A stretch of DNA of 64,000 nucleotides from positions 2,108,001 through 2,172,000 of the forward strand of contig CAKKNE010000005.1 of NCBI GenBank assembly GCA_918797485.1, given 5' to 3'. Shown here piece after piece: positions 32,184 through 43,917 of the stretch. The stretch is from Pelagomonas calceolata. Its lineage: Eukaryota. The notes under the pieces were generated by a model. That model did no database searches, was not told the DNA's origin, and saw nothing but the letters and a program-made list of their open reading frames with translations. The position numbers and the translations under genes were made by a program. The first letter of the stretch is position 1; each line of letters opens with the position of its first letter.

Positions 32184-34185
32184 ATGGCCGACGCAGACGC
32201 GCCGGCGCCTGCGCCCAAGAAGAAGAAGCCGTCCCTCGGCAAGCAGGTGACGAGTGGCGTGAGGGCGACGGTGGACGCGGGCAGGACCGTGCTGTCCACC
32301 ATGGAGCGCGGCGTCAAGAAGACCTACGACGCCCTGCTCAAGGAGAACCTGAAGGCCTCGTCACCGATGACGTCGTCGCTATGGTACCTCCTGAAGCATC
32401 CTTTGACAAGATCGCTTACTACTATTGTCGTACTCCTCCTGAACCTGTTCGTGTACTACGGCGATCCCGCGACCTTCTCGAACAGCGAATCGTATGGCAC
32501 GATGATCGGCGACATCTGGCACGGCTGGTTCGAGCCGGAAGAAATAGGCTGGTTTCTGCTGCGGTGGCTCGCGATGATTTGTCTTGGATTGCTTGGGTTA
32601 TTCGTTGGTATCAAGCTACAGCACTGGTTGAGGGATACGTGGCACCTCGCGCTATTTGGCTACGATTCGGGAGAACATGAAAACAGGGAACCGCTGGCCT
32701 CGCAAGATGGGGCTCTATTTCTAGTCATCTGCTCGACGTGCATGGCCTGGTGGATCGGCCTGAAGATTTACAACCGGTGCATGCCCCCAAATCATAAAGT
32801 AGGCTCAGGGATGCACAAGTGGGATTATGCGTTTTTCAATTTGATGTTGGCTGGATTATTTACCTTCTCGTCGGACGTCTGGAACGTCGTGACCGTAGTA
32901 GACCAGATGGCGCAGTCGATCGAGCACGAGACGTCCGGGGTGTCTGCAGAAGCCGTTGGTATGCTGTACGCCCCGAAGGGGAGTCGTCTCGAACGGTGCG
33001 CGGCGTGGTTCGTCAAGCATCGTCTCACTTTAACACGTGTTGGGTTAATCAGTGGTTGGTGCATCGGCGGCGGGATCATGATTTGGAGGTATGAAGTCAC
33101 AAAAGAGGTATTGTATGATACGAGTGGCACGAAGCACGAGGTCGGGCGGTCGCCGTTCTGGACCAAGGAGGGGAACACGGAGTTCACGCGGCACTTCGTC
33201 GCTTGTGTGGTGCGTATGCCGCGTCCGTTTTGCGTTACCCGGACGCTATCGATGCGACGGGGTTCGCATCGATGGCGTGCCGGTGGGGTAGACCTCGAAA
33301 CGCCATCACGCGCAGGTCGCCTTCCTCAACGTCCTGATCGTGATGCAGGACTGGGACTTCCCCGACTTCTCCGAGGGCGAGATCAAGATCTCGGCGCTGG
33401 ACATCAAGGCCCTCAAATTTGAGCACTGTTTTGAATGGTTACGAAAACACTTACCACCTATCTACGTGTCGGGCAAGTGGGTTAATTACTTGGGTGTCCT
33501 GATGGGCATGGGCTTCGATTGGGGCTACTGGTTCATGACTACTTTACCTTTCCGACCTTGTGATTACGCGCAGCTCTGGGAATCGAAGACGCACAATATC
33601 TACACGCTCACAAGGCCAAAAAAGGTGCAGGAGCGCCGGGCCGGCGACGCCGCGGCGAAGCGGTGCTGGTGGTTCACGGACAATCCCCTGATATCCTTAT
33701 ATGACCATGATTTCATGGCGGCGCGGAACCAGTCGGCCGCGTGGTACGACCCGCTCGGACAAACGTGGCCCGAGGGCCATTCTTTGGATGATGACGCCTG
33801 GTATCGGAATGGCGACGACGTCGATGAGCGGGCCCATGTTGTTTTAGTAGAGACGGGGTCGTTTACCGGGACCTATACTACCGGTGAACGAGACGAATAT
33901 ATCTATGTCGCGGACGGCGCGTGGCTCTTGTACGTCATGTGCCTCATCCCGATCTTCGCGATCTTGACCTTCTGGTACCTGGTGTTCACGCACGAAAAAG
34001 TGCACTGCTTCAACCGGAAAAACGTCATGGCGATGATCTCGCAGACGGGCGAGGAGTCGTCGGAACGACTCAAGGCGCTGGTGTCCTCCAAAAGATGCTG
34101 CGTCTGCCTCGCCAAGAAAGAGCACGTCGTGGCGCCGGCGAGCGCGCCCGCCGCCGCCGCCGACGACATCGCCGACCTCGAATAG
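32184..34185 (+). CDS. TMEM117-like multi-pass membrane protein; exons 32184-33209, 33316-34185
   Basis: LNLFVYYGDP..S..ES, LIVMQDWDFPDF and SGKWVNY resemble TMEM117 motifs; 106-nt GT-AG intron restores the frame. Confidence 0.72.
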
Positions 34186-34542
34186 TCTCCTCGCCCGTAA
34201 CTTTCAGTTTGTCGTCTCTCGTCGCGGCGACGGCGTGGGGGTGTGATACGCCGATAGCCTGTCGCCGAGATGCGCCATAGTGGACCGTAGCTAAGCCACC
34301 TAGCCTGAGCAGCTGGCCACTTAGCTGGCCACCAGGAAGTCCACCAGCCTGGCAGGTCGCACCGTCGCGCCGAGCGCCGCCAGGCCTCTAGTGGCTCAGA
34401 TCTCCAGCTCCGATCCCCACTCCACGCCGTCGAGGAGGCCGCATCGACGCGCCGTCGAGAGGAGCAACCAATCTAGCAGCGGACGGATTTAGTCCAACCA
34501 GTTGTTAAAACAGCTACCTCGACCAACGTCTAGGCAACACGT

Positions 34543-34965
34543 CTAGGCGGCAGCCGTCGCCGCGCCCCGGCCAAAGCCTCCGGCACCGCGTCCGAAGCCG
34601 CGACCGAAGCCAGGACCCTCGCCCTCCAATCTCTCGGCGCCCGGCGGGGGCGCGCGGCCACCAGCGGTAACCGGTCGCGCCGTCGCTTTTTTGAGCGTCG
34701 CCGGAACGATCTCCGCCGGCAGGTGGAGGTACTCACGGAGGTACTCGACGCCCTCGTTCTCGAGGTACCAGTAGAAGTACTGCCAGTTGAAGGTCTCGCG
34801 CACGAAGCCGCGCGATTTGAGCGACTTCATGAGGTTGAGGACCTCGAGGTTCGGCACGTCGATCTCGTCGTGCTTGGGCTTGAAGTTGTCCTTCTTCGCC
34901 ACGAGGACGCCCTCCTTGAAGAGGTACGAGTAGACCTCGATGCGGTTCTTCTTCGAGATGAACAT
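34543..34965 (-). CDS. RPS10: 40S ribosomal protein S10 (eS10)
   Basis: [24 protein letters not shown]...VPNLEV...[36 protein letters not shown]. Confidence 0.96.
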   Translation of the reverse strand: MFISKKNRIEVYSYLFKEGVLVAKKDNFKPKHDEIDVPNLEVLNLMKSLKSRGFVRETFNWQYFYWYLENEGVEYLREYLHLPAEIVPATLKKATARPVTAGGRAPPPGAERLEGEGPGFGRGFGRGAGGFGRGAATAAA

Positions 34966-35507
34966 CGTCAAAGGGTGGCTCGGAGCGTCTCTCGCGCTCA
35001 ACGAACCGGTGAGACCTGTGCGGGGTGGGTTCGTGAGTTTCGCTGCTGCGCCGGCGCGACGGCGTGGAGTCTCGCGCGCCGTCGACGCGAGCGGCGGGCG
35101 GGCGCGCTCATGCTCACGTGCATGTGCGTTTTGCTGCCTCGACGGCGGTCTGGGGCGCGCAAGCGAACATGTGCGCGGCTCTCGCCGTCGATCTGGCGTC
35201 CCGCGCGCCGGCTTGGCGGCCTCGCTGTAGGGTTGGCCAAGTGAGCGATGAGCGCCACGCTAGCGTGAAGTTGGTGCACAGGCGCTGCTGCAGACCTCCG
35301 TAAGGCCGGACTGGGACCTAAGAGTCCGGCGGCGCCCGTCAATAGCGCGCAGCAAGCCAATAAGCCTGCTTTGTTTGTCGCAAAATCGCTGATGCTAGTG
35401 TGTCAAAAGGACGCTAGCGAAAATCACCAATGGCCACAGAGACACTAGCCGTCGCCAGCATACGCCGGATTTCTCGGTTCGTCGTGGGTTTTGTTTTAGT
35501 CGCCCCC

Positions 35508-36343
35508 CTAAGCTTTCCGTCGCCGCGCGATGACCACCAGCGCGTTCACGTAGTCCGCGGGGAACGTCGCCTCCTTGGACACGTGTTTCACCCAGCGATC
35601 AACCGTATCGAGGACCTGTGTGAAAATCAACCGATGAGCCAGGGTACGAAACGATTCGCGACGCCGTCGGGCACGTGCTGGTGCTTCGCTGGCCGCGGCT
35701 TCGCTACACTTTGTTTCGGTGGCACCGCGCCGATCTCCACATCTAAACGGGCCGCGGCCGCGCGTTTCAACTTCCAGAAAGACGCTTGCGCTTTGCTGAA
35801 GTCCTTGGCTGCCGACACGACCCGGACGTACTTTTCCTCGTCGACGGACGCTCGCGCGAGGTCGCCGACGGTTTTGATGCCTCGTTTCTCGAAGGCGAGT
35901 GCCTTCGCTAAAGACCACTCCGCACCAGACACCTTGCTGAGTTCCGTAAAATACCAGGGCCGCGTCCGAGGATCGTGCGCGCTCGCTGCGATCTTTTCCT
36001 CGAAAGCCGCCGCTGCGGCCCGCGCCTCCGCCGCAGCAATCGAGTCCTTCTGCATCGTTTGCATCGGCGGCGGCTTGTCGGCGAGCTCCACTTCTAAAAG
36101 GTCTGCGGCAGCGCCCTTCCAGCGCCAGACCATCCTTCGCGCAGCGCCATAATCACTAGCTCGCGTCAACTTCAGCACGAGTTCCTTGTTGTCCACATCC
36201 AACAGCGCGAGGTCGCCGACGGTTTCGATGCCACCCTCCTTCTCCATGAAGTCTGCCGAATCCACCATCCACTCCGTTCCAGGCACGTCGATTTCGCTGA
36301 GGAAGGTATGTCCTTGCGGCGGCGACGGGCCTTGAGTCGGCAT
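35508..36343 (-). CDS. Hypothetical protein with a duplicated domain (GI.TVGDLA, HhH-like); intron 35616-35674
   Basis: Two repeats F.SE..V.G.EW...F..K.GI.TVGDLA; splicing HQH|VLD joins ORFs 35627..36583 and 35508..35918. Confidence 0.65.
35616..35674 (-). mobile_element. Introner-like intron (59 nt)
   Basis: TSD GTGCCCGA / GTCCTCGA (6/8); 3' end GGTTGATTTTCACACAG matches the family TIR. Confidence 0.75.
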
Positions 36344-36820
36344 GCTTTGGTGGTGGCTCGGCGCTAAACTCGCCAGGCGGGATGAAGTAAGCTTATAAAT
36401 TTGCTCCAAAGCTCTATGGCGAAGCGGCGCGCGACGGCCGCGCAGGCTGGTATAGCTGTGCTCAGCGGTTGCTGCGGCGCTGCGCAAGCGCGTAGAAACG
36501 CGCGTAGCAGCGCAGCAGCGCCTCACGGCGTCCACCGCAGACGTTGGGACTTTAATAGCTAGCGGTTTGTAAGACACTAGCAAGCAAGAGAGACATACTC
36601 GCTGGAACTAGTGTCTTACAGCCGCTAGCTCTAAACCTCACCATCTTCTCCTCCGCTTGATGCACCGCTCCAACCCCTCCCGCTGAGACCGCTTGCAATA
36701 CCGCGACTCGGCTAGTGTCTTTACAGGACGCTAGCTAAAGCTGGGCCATTGCAAAAAGCCCCAAAACCGGCGCAAAATTGCACCTCGATACGTGCAAAAA
36801 ACACGTAAACGATCGCACGA

Positions 36821-38011
36821 ATGGCCTACGCCACGCGCCGCCGCCGCCGCCGCAGCGCGAGGTCCAAGCGGCTCTGGCAGTCACTGCTGAGGCGCCTGCG
36901 CGGCCCACAGCTGAGCGCAGACGACCTGCGCACCTTCGAGGACACGGAAGTTGACGGTCGCGACCGGACCGACAGTGCCGCGCGGCTGCAGGCGCAGTGG
37001 GACGCTTCCGAGCGACCGGACCTCGACGCGCCACGAACCGAGGACGCCCAACCGGGCGAGCTCACGCTCGACGCGCACGGCCGCGTCGCCGTCGCCGACG
37101 CGCACAAATTGGACTACGGCTACCGCGTCTTCGATAACATCATAAAGGGCGCGGCGCTCGATGCGTTACGGGAGGCGTGCGGCGCGTGCTTCACGGCGCG
37201 AGAGAAGGAACGGGATAGCGCCTACAGCCGCGGGTCGACGTACTGGGTGCCCGCGGACGCGGACCGCGCTTCCCTATCCATCGTTGAGCGCGCCGCGCTC
37301 GACATTTTTGACTTGCACAGTAAAGGCGCGAGCTATATCCCCTCAAAATCGGGCGCCGAGTGGTGGACCTTGGATCTTGAAGATGGAAATGGAAGCGTGG
37401 CGTGGCACTTCGACCGCGACTACGCCGTCGAAGACGACGTGAACCTCGGGCCGCACGTCGCGACCGTCACGTACCTGACGTCGGCCGGCGCGCCCACCGT
37501 CGTCGTGCCGCTCGTCGCGCCGTCGGACTCTGCCGTGAAGCCCCGGGGCGCGGGCGGGGAAGTGTTCGCCTCGCTCCCCGTCGCGGGCAAGCACATGTCC
37601 TTCGACGGGCGCTACCTCCACGCCGCGCCGGAGGCCATTTATAGGAAGGAGTCCGACGAGAGGCGCGTCACGCTTTTAGTGAATGTCTGGCTCGACTGGC
37701 GGCCGGGCGACGCGGACCCGTTACCGAGCGCCGTGCGCTCGTCAATAATGCCCGCCGACGACTTCGGCGTGCGGCCGCTGCTGAGACCCCCTTCTCCCTT
37801 GGATTTCTCGGCCGAGCGGCGCGTCGTGGCGCTGCCCGTGCCGACGGAGCGATGTTCCAAGCCGCGCGCGTGGTCCTTCCGGGCCGGCGCCCACAGGACA
37901 CGTATCATCATGCGGCTGCCCGGCGCGCTCGTCGACGCGCCCGACGCGGTCGTGCTCTTCCAGGAGGCGCCCGGCGCGCCGGCGCTCGTCGAGGTGGCGC
38001 CCCGGACGTGA
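36821..38011 (+). CDS. 2-oxoglutarate/Fe(II) oxygenase-like protein (start uncertain)
   Basis: GAEWW...WHFDRD (HxD)...TVTYL...FDGRYLH...RVTLLVNVW. Confidence 0.7.
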   Translation: MAYATRRRRRRSARSKRLWQSLLRRLRGPQLSADDLRTFEDTEVDGRDRTDSAARLQAQWDASERPDLDAPRTEDAQPGELTLDAHGRVAVADAHKLDYGYRVFDNIIKGAALDALREACGACFTAREKERDSAYSRGSTYWVPADADRASLSIVERAALDIFDLHSKGASYIPSKSGAEWWTLDLEDGNGSVAWHFDRDYAVEDDVNLGPHVATVTYLTSAGAPTVVVPLVAPSDSAVKPRGAGGEVFASLPVAGKHMSFDGRYLHAAPEAIYRKESDERRVTLLVNVWLDWRPGDADPLPSAVRSSIMPADDFGVRPLLRPPSPLDFSAERRVVALPVPTERCSKPRAWSFRAGAHRTRIIMRLPGALVDAPDAVVLFQEAPGAPALVEVAPRT

Positions 38012-38261
38012 TATTCGTGTTCTGTGTCTCTCGTCTTCGGCGTCGCCTCGGCTGAGCAGCCTCAGGAGCTTCTACGCCGCGGCACTTTCTAACCGCCTAT
38101 TAAATGTTATGCCAGTGTACTTAGACCAATGACTCGGACTCGGACGTGCGAATAGTCTCCACGTGGATAACCGTCTGGACATGTGGACAAGGGGGAGGGA
38201 GAGAGGGAGCCGCTTCGGGAAGAAGCCGGGGCTCTGAGGAATCTCAACTCGAGGAAGTGGC

Positions 38262-39800
38262 CTAGAACTCGGCGAGCTTCGACGGGGCACCCTGGACAAC
38301 CTGGGGCTGGCCCATGATCACCGGAGCTTGCCCCGCCTGGACAATCTGGGGCTGGCCCATGATCACCTGAGGTTGCCCGCCCTGGACAACCTGGGGCTGG
38401 CCCATGATCACCTGAGGTTGCCCGCCCTGGACAACCTGGGGCTGGCCCATGATCACCTGAGGTTGCCCGCCCCCGGGCGATACGGGCGATACCATCATCA
38501 CTTGGGGTTGCATTCGTGGCAACTCCACCGCGGTCACGGGCGCAGCAGCTTGCGGGTCCGGGACGGCGCAGAGGAGCGCGACCCACACGAGAGTCGGGAA
38601 GAGCACCAGCCCTGCAAAAAACGTCGACCAGCCGGCCACCGTGTTGACGTGCGTAACGATCGAGTTGCAGTCTTCCGGGTCGTCCGCGTCCTCGCACTGC
38701 TCGTCGGCGTCGTCGTCCCACGGATTGCAATAGTTGATGCAGTCGTCTTGTGTCCTGAACGCGCGGCAGTGGTCGTCGTCGCCGCCGTCGTGCTGGCAGT
38801 CGTCGCCCCACTTCGAGTAGTACCACGTCGGGGCAACGTCAACGTCAACACCGCAGCCGTACTGGTACAACTGGCCCGGCCCGCCAGCGTTCCCATTCTC
38901 GTAGCCGAGCTCGCAATCGTCCGTCGGGCAGTTGCAGTATCCACCGGTCTCGTAGAAGAAATAGGCGCCGCGGCACCCATCCTGGCCGTCGTACGCGCGG
39001 ACGGCGGCGGCGCAGTCCTCGAGCGACGTCGACCCGCCCGAGAGCCATCGGTCCCCATACCAGCCGTCGTCCATGTGGATGTAGGACTCGCAGCCGCGGC
39101 CGGAGACGGCGACGTAGTCGCAGGTGTTCGAGCAGCACTGATACACTGACTCCTGGCCGTACGTGCCGACGCAATCGCCCCAACCCGACGAGCCCACCCA
39201 GTCAGCTTGCACCTCGTAGCCCGCCAGGCTGCACCCGCGGGCCTCGCCGCCCGGCGCACAACAATCGTTACCTATGTCGGTGCAGATGTCGCTTCGGCAC
39301 CCAGTGGCGAGACGGCGGCGGCGCTCGTCCGTCTCCGGCGCGTACGAAGACGCGAGACGGCGGCGGCGCTCGTCCGTCTCCGGAAGGTAGCACAGCGAGA
39401 AGGACGACGTCTTGCGCCCACACTCGGGATCATGATCTCCCCAGTCTGAGATGGAGGCGCACTCCACGGTACCTTCGCAATTGTGCTTGATGGCGGACCG
39501 CTGGCCCGTCGCGAGGACGATGAAGGTCACGAAGGCGAGGACGCAGTAGCCGACGGCGAGCCCCCCCGTGATCTTGCTGCCGCATGCGCGGCAGCACACG
39601 TAGGCCGAGGCGGCCGAGATGAGGTAAATGAGGAGGACGAAGTGGATCCAGTTGAAGGCCGCGTAGAGGCCCATCTCCGTCGCGGACGCGATGACCGCGC
39701 AGATGATACTGCCGACGAGGGAGATGATGGAGAGCACGAGGATGAAGATCCCGAAGCCGCGCTTGAGGGTACAGCAGCCTTCGGCATCGGCGTCCCCCAT
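38262..39800 (-). CDS. Multi-pass membrane protein with Cys-rich extracellular loop and Q/P/V-rich tandem-repeat tail
   Basis: Three N-terminal TMs, Cys-rich modules, a fourth TM, then (GGQPQVIMGQPQVVQ)n. Confidence 0.75.
   Translation of the reverse strand: MGDADAEGCCTLKRGFGIFILVLSIISLVGSIICAVIASATEMGLYAAFNWIHFVLLIYLISAASAYVCCRACGSKITGGLAVGYCVLAFVTFIVLATGQRSAIKHNCEGTVECASISDWGDHDPECGRKTSSFSLCYLPETDERRRRLASSYAPETDERRRRLATGCRSDICTDIGNDCCAPGGEARGCSLAGYEVQADWVGSSGWGDCVGTYGQESVYQCCSNTCDYVAVSGRGCESYIHMDDGWYGDRWLSGGSTSLEDCAAAVRAYDGQDGCRGAYFFYETGGYCNCPTDDCELGYENGNAGGPGQLYQYGCGVDVDVAPTWYYSKWGDDCQHDGGDDDHCRAFRTQDDCINYCNPWDDDADEQCEDADDPEDCNSIVTHVNTVAGWSTFFAGLVLFPTLVWVALLCAVPDPQAAAPVTAVELPRMQPQVMMVSPVSPGGGQPQVIMGQPQVVQGGQPQVIMGQPQVVQGGQPQVIMGQPQIVQAGQAPVIMGQPQVVQGAPSKLAEF
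38290..38472 (-). repeat. Coding 45-bp tandem repeat (~4 copies)
   Basis: CCTGGACAACCTGGGGCTGGCCCATGATCACCTGAGGTTGCCCGC repeated. Confidence 0.9.
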
Positions 39801-40133
39801 GTTAAATTCGCGTTTGGAGTGCCCGGGCTGCCTTACGAGGGCAGCAACCCCCCCCCAGCCTTTACCCTTTCGTAAAACAGCTCGTAAACGCGAGGCAGAC
39901 GCTGCGCAAGCGTTAACCCAGGCACAGGGATGCCTAGTGTCTTACCTGTAAGTACAGGCCGCTAGCGCGCGATTTCCTCACGCGGGAGCCCTGGAAGCCG
40001 CGCCCCGGGACGGGATCTCCTCAAACTGGCTCATCAGGCATGATCGATTCCTTTCCTCCTAGCGCCAGCATCGGTTCCGAAACGCGGGGCCGAGAGAAGC
40101 GAACTTCCATTTACAAGCACCACATTTCCCGTA

Positions 40134-40161
40134 TAACATATCCCGTCGACGGGATATGTTA
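40134..40161. repeat. Perfect 28-bp palindrome in a divergent intergenic region
   Basis: TAACATATCCCGTC|GACGGGATATGTTA. Confidence 0.9.
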
Positions 40162-40297
40162 GTCGTGCCTTGTCAAATACCTGGCTCGGTATCGGTACAA
40201 GTATCTCGTGTACAAGTAGTATCGCAGTATCGGGCGTTGCGCTGTTAACAGTGCACAAGGTTCACAAGGACAGCGGCAGAGCGGCACCAGAACGAAA

Positions 40298-40690
40298 ATG
40301 GTCAACTGTTGTTGTTCCGCCGGCAAATGCGGCTGCTGCGGGGACACCAAGTCCTGCTCCGAATGGTTTAGGAAGAAGCGGGGCTGTCATGTGGCCCTTA
40401 TCAGCATCATGTGGATTCTCGGGTTCATTATCGCGGCGCTTATGGGCGTTATGTGGCGCGGCGGGCCTGTCATCTGGACAATTATGGGCGTGATCGGCGC
40501 GCTCGCGTGCATGTTGTTCAGCGGCGGGGGCGCCTGCATGGGTTGCATGTGCGCGAACGACATCGCGCGGGAGGACGACGGAGGAGGTGCAAAGGTTGCT
40601 GAGGGCGGCGCGCCGCCGGTGGCGGAGGTTGACCTAGAGGCTGCGGAGCCTGCGGTGGCCGAGGAGCCCGCGGCGGCCGAGGAGCAGTGA
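40298..40690 (+). CDS. Small Cys-rich two-TM membrane protein
   Basis: MVNCCCSAGKCGCCG, two hydrophobic segments, acidic tail. Confidence 0.65.
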   Translation: MVNCCCSAGKCGCCGDTKSCSEWFRKKRGCHVALISIMWILGFIIAALMGVMWRGGPVIWTIMGVIGALACMLFSGGGACMGCMCANDIAREDDGGGAKVAEGGAPPVAEVDLEAAEPAVAEEPAAAEEQ

Positions 40691-41207
40691 CTTCGATGCT
40701 CCAGCTACCCCCTGCCCTTACTTGCTACTATTGCCCCGTCCCCGCTCTGATCCGAGATTTCCCTAAGCCCCTCTCGTAAGAATCTTCACTCTCGCAAAAC
40801 CCCACCCCCCCTCGCGAGCGGCGGCCGACGGGGCACCGAATCCTTCGAGTCACCCAGACACGGTTCGACGTCGCCTCATTCCCATTCTTGATTTCCCACC
40901 CCCTCCCCTCCGGTGGCGTAACTGCTTTTACCAGCCGCGCCTGCGCCCGTGTCCATCGCTGGGTCCCTCCGGGAAACTGCCGGGATCTCACTGATTCTCA
41001 GATTAATAAGCACGCGCCGTGGAGCTAGGCCGCCTGAAAGTAAAAGTCGGTATCAAACTCGTATCAGTATCGTACGGTACGTTCGGTTTCGAAACCCCCC
41101 CTATCATCAGAGATATCGATAGACTCTAGTGATAGATGAGCAGCCATCACTGGCCCATCAGATTACGAGAGGCTCTGGGAGACAGAAGACAGGCAGCCCG
41201 CCGGACG

Positions 41208-43671
41208 ATGCGTTCCGTCCTCGTCGTCCTCGCGCTTTGGGACGCGGGAGCTGCGGCGGACCTCGCCGCCCTCGCCCCGTTCGCCCCGGAGGAGCATGCT
41301 CCCGCCGTCAAGCGCAGCGCGGAGAGGGCAGCCAAAGCGTCGCGGCTCGTCGCGGATCACGGTCATTTGCTTCCCCCCGACCTGCGCGAGAAGGCCCACG
41401 ACCTCTTGAATGAGCACGACTTCCGCGTGCACGCGGCGCTCGACAGCGCGAGGCCGGGCCCGGCGCTCGCGGCTATCCAGAAGAAGGAATCAGGGTACCT
41501 CAAGGCCTTCCAGAAGCTCGGCGGGGAGAGAGCGGCGACGAAGGCGAAACAGCTGCCGAAAGACGAAGAGCGCAGAAAGCTCCGCGCGACGCGCGACGTG
41601 CTCCGAGCGGCGACGGGCCTCGACGCCGAGGAACCAGTCTGGGGCGCGCCGTTCCGCGCGCTCGAAGCGCTGTTCGGCGAGGGCCACGCGCCCATGGAGG
41701 CGCTCGGCGTTTCGGCCAAGTTCTTCGAGGACGGAACTGCTCTAACAAAGCGCTACCACGTCGCGCTTTCTCCGCCATGCGACTGCTGGACCTTCGGGCG
41801 CGAGGCGGTCGTCGAGCAGGCGAAAAGCGTCGCCGAATCCCTGAAAGCGCCGCCGCTCGTCGAAGCCTGGCTCGATTCCATCGCGGCCGACGACACGGGA
41901 AAGCTGCCGAGCGTCGGCTTCGGCGTGTCGGCCGAGGATGGCGCGTGCAAGCTCTACGTCCTGAACTATGGCGGCAACGAACTCCCGCCGCTGCCGCTCC
42001 TCGATTCGTTACCGCAGACCGCGCGCAAGCCAGACCGCGCGTCGTCGGTGCTGGTCTCGGTCGAGTGGAAGTTCGGCGACATGAAAACTCAACAGATGCG
42101 CCAGTACGCCGTCGAGGCCTCTGCGGACGACGTAGCGGTGGCGCGCCACACGCAGGACGAGCGCTTCGCCGGCGACGAGCTCGTGGCGGCACTCGACGGC
42201 ACGTTCGGGGTCAAGCAGAGCGAGGACATCGCCGTGACGGCGCCGTTTCAATACGTCGGAGACGCGACGCCGCTCGTCGCCGCGCCGCTCTCGAAGTCGG
42301 GCCTCAAGCTGAAGCCCCAGGATGGCGGCATCGACTCGAACGCCGAGACGGATGCAAAACTGGCGGTTCTGTTGAAAGACGCGGCGCCGGGCGCCGGAGC
42401 TTGGCTCGACCGGTCGCGCGTCGTAAGACACGCGCTTTCCAACGTCCAGTTCGGCGAGGCCTTCGTCACGTTGTACAGACATCCGACGGTCTTCGGTTTC
42501 GTGGACCCGTCCTCGGCGCCGCAGCACCTCGCGCTCCGAAACGCGCTCACTAAGCGGGCGGGCGCGTCGCGCCGGCGCCTCTCCGGAACGACGCCCTGCG
42601 ACGAGGCCGAAGAACTCTTCATGGACCGAGCCGTCGGCGACTCAGGGTTCGATGTTCATTCAATACAACGATGGCGTGAAGGTTCACGACTCGACGTCCA
42701 CACAGGTCTGGGGCAGCGAGGATTCGGACTGCGCAGACGACAAGGAGAAGGCCGAGAATGCGGGGAAGTGCCCGAGCTCGTGCCAGAGGGACATCGACTG
42801 CCTCATCGCCTCGTGCTCGGACTGCGCTGTCGTGGACGTTGTTTGCGACGAAAAAATCGACACCGCCGCGTATCCCCAGCTCGCGGGCCAAGCGACTGAC
42901 GAGGATGGAAATAATCGAACATACAGTGACCTAGACCTCGCCGATGTTCCGGCGGAAAAGAAGCTCCAGGCTCCGTACGGGGACAGCGGGCTGTTCGACA
43001 CGATGAATCTCTGGGGCCCCGAGGGCTGCCGGTACCCCTACTACGGCTACCTCCCGGACGCTCCGCTCTGCAACGAGTGCTCGTCCTTGGCCGAGGCAAA
43101 GGAGGACGTGCTCAAAGGCCTGTGGGATGGCCCGTGCAACTCGGAAGACCCGCCGACGTGGGACGACGATGAGGGGCCCTACACCGAGTACACCCCGCCC
43201 ACCCCCGCGAACTACCCCGGCTGTGGCTGCGACTGCGCGGACTTCCTTCGCCGCGACATCTCGGCGCAGTGCACGCCGACCTCCTGTATCCATGTCGCCC
43301 AACAGTACGCGCCCGCCAACTCCGTTTGTGCCGGCTCCGACGTCAAGTGGGACACGGTCTCCGGGTGCACCGATGAATACGGCACCGGGACGCAGTTCGA
43401 CTCGACGTGGTCGGGTGACGCGTGTCTGGACTCCACGGGGGCCACAACGGTAGTCCAGGATGCCTCCGCGACGTGCTACCAGACACAGGCCTCGATCTCT
43501 GAAGCAGATCTGGTAGACTACAAGGCGAACCCGAAACAATGCGCTGCTAAGCCCATCTCGGCCGCGGCCGCGACCGCGACCGGGCCGGTCGCGGCCGCGG
43601 CCGCGGCCGCGACCGGCCCCGCGATCTCGGCGGTCCTCGCTCTCGTCGGCGCCGTCGCGCTCGGGCCGTGA
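41208..43671 (+). CDS. Secreted/GPI-type protein with Cys-rich C-terminal half; frame break at ~42606-42650
   Basis: Signal peptide MRSVLVVLALWDAGAAA; ORF 41136..42899 hands over to Cys-rich ORF 42652..43671, which ends in a hydrophobic tail. Confidence 0.6.
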
Positions 43672-43917
43672 GCCGTCCCCATCGAGCCCCGGCTTTCCGC
43701 CCCATCGTACATATCTCGCGAGTCACCCATGTGGAGCATACTACTCCGCACCATGTCCAATGTCTAAGTACAAGGCTTTTTGTCTAATGAAATGTTCGGT
43801 TAAATGGGAGTCTGCTAGCGAGCGGCAGATTAGTAACGAGCCGCCGAGGTCGTATATACAAACGGAATGACGAATGACGACGCGCGCGGGGGAATGGAGT
43901 CAGGGCTTCTCGACGAG

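Noticed and set aside
36558..36735. CTAG-ended motifs as Helitron 3' termini
   Set aside because: No GC hairpin at the expected distance and no shared internal sequence; the promoter-restricted position fits a regulatory motif better.
38290..38472. Regular repeats resembling a CRISPR array
   Set aside because: No unique spacers; it is an in-frame 45-bp coding repeat in a eukaryotic gene and no cas genes are present.
40728..40991. 87-aa minus-strand ORF in a C-rich spacer
   Set aside because: No ATG start, no motif and atypical codon use.
41900..42100. GFGV...CKLY...SVEWK segment reminiscent of ABBA prenyltransferase strands
   Set aside because: Resemblance too weak to call without a profile or structure search.
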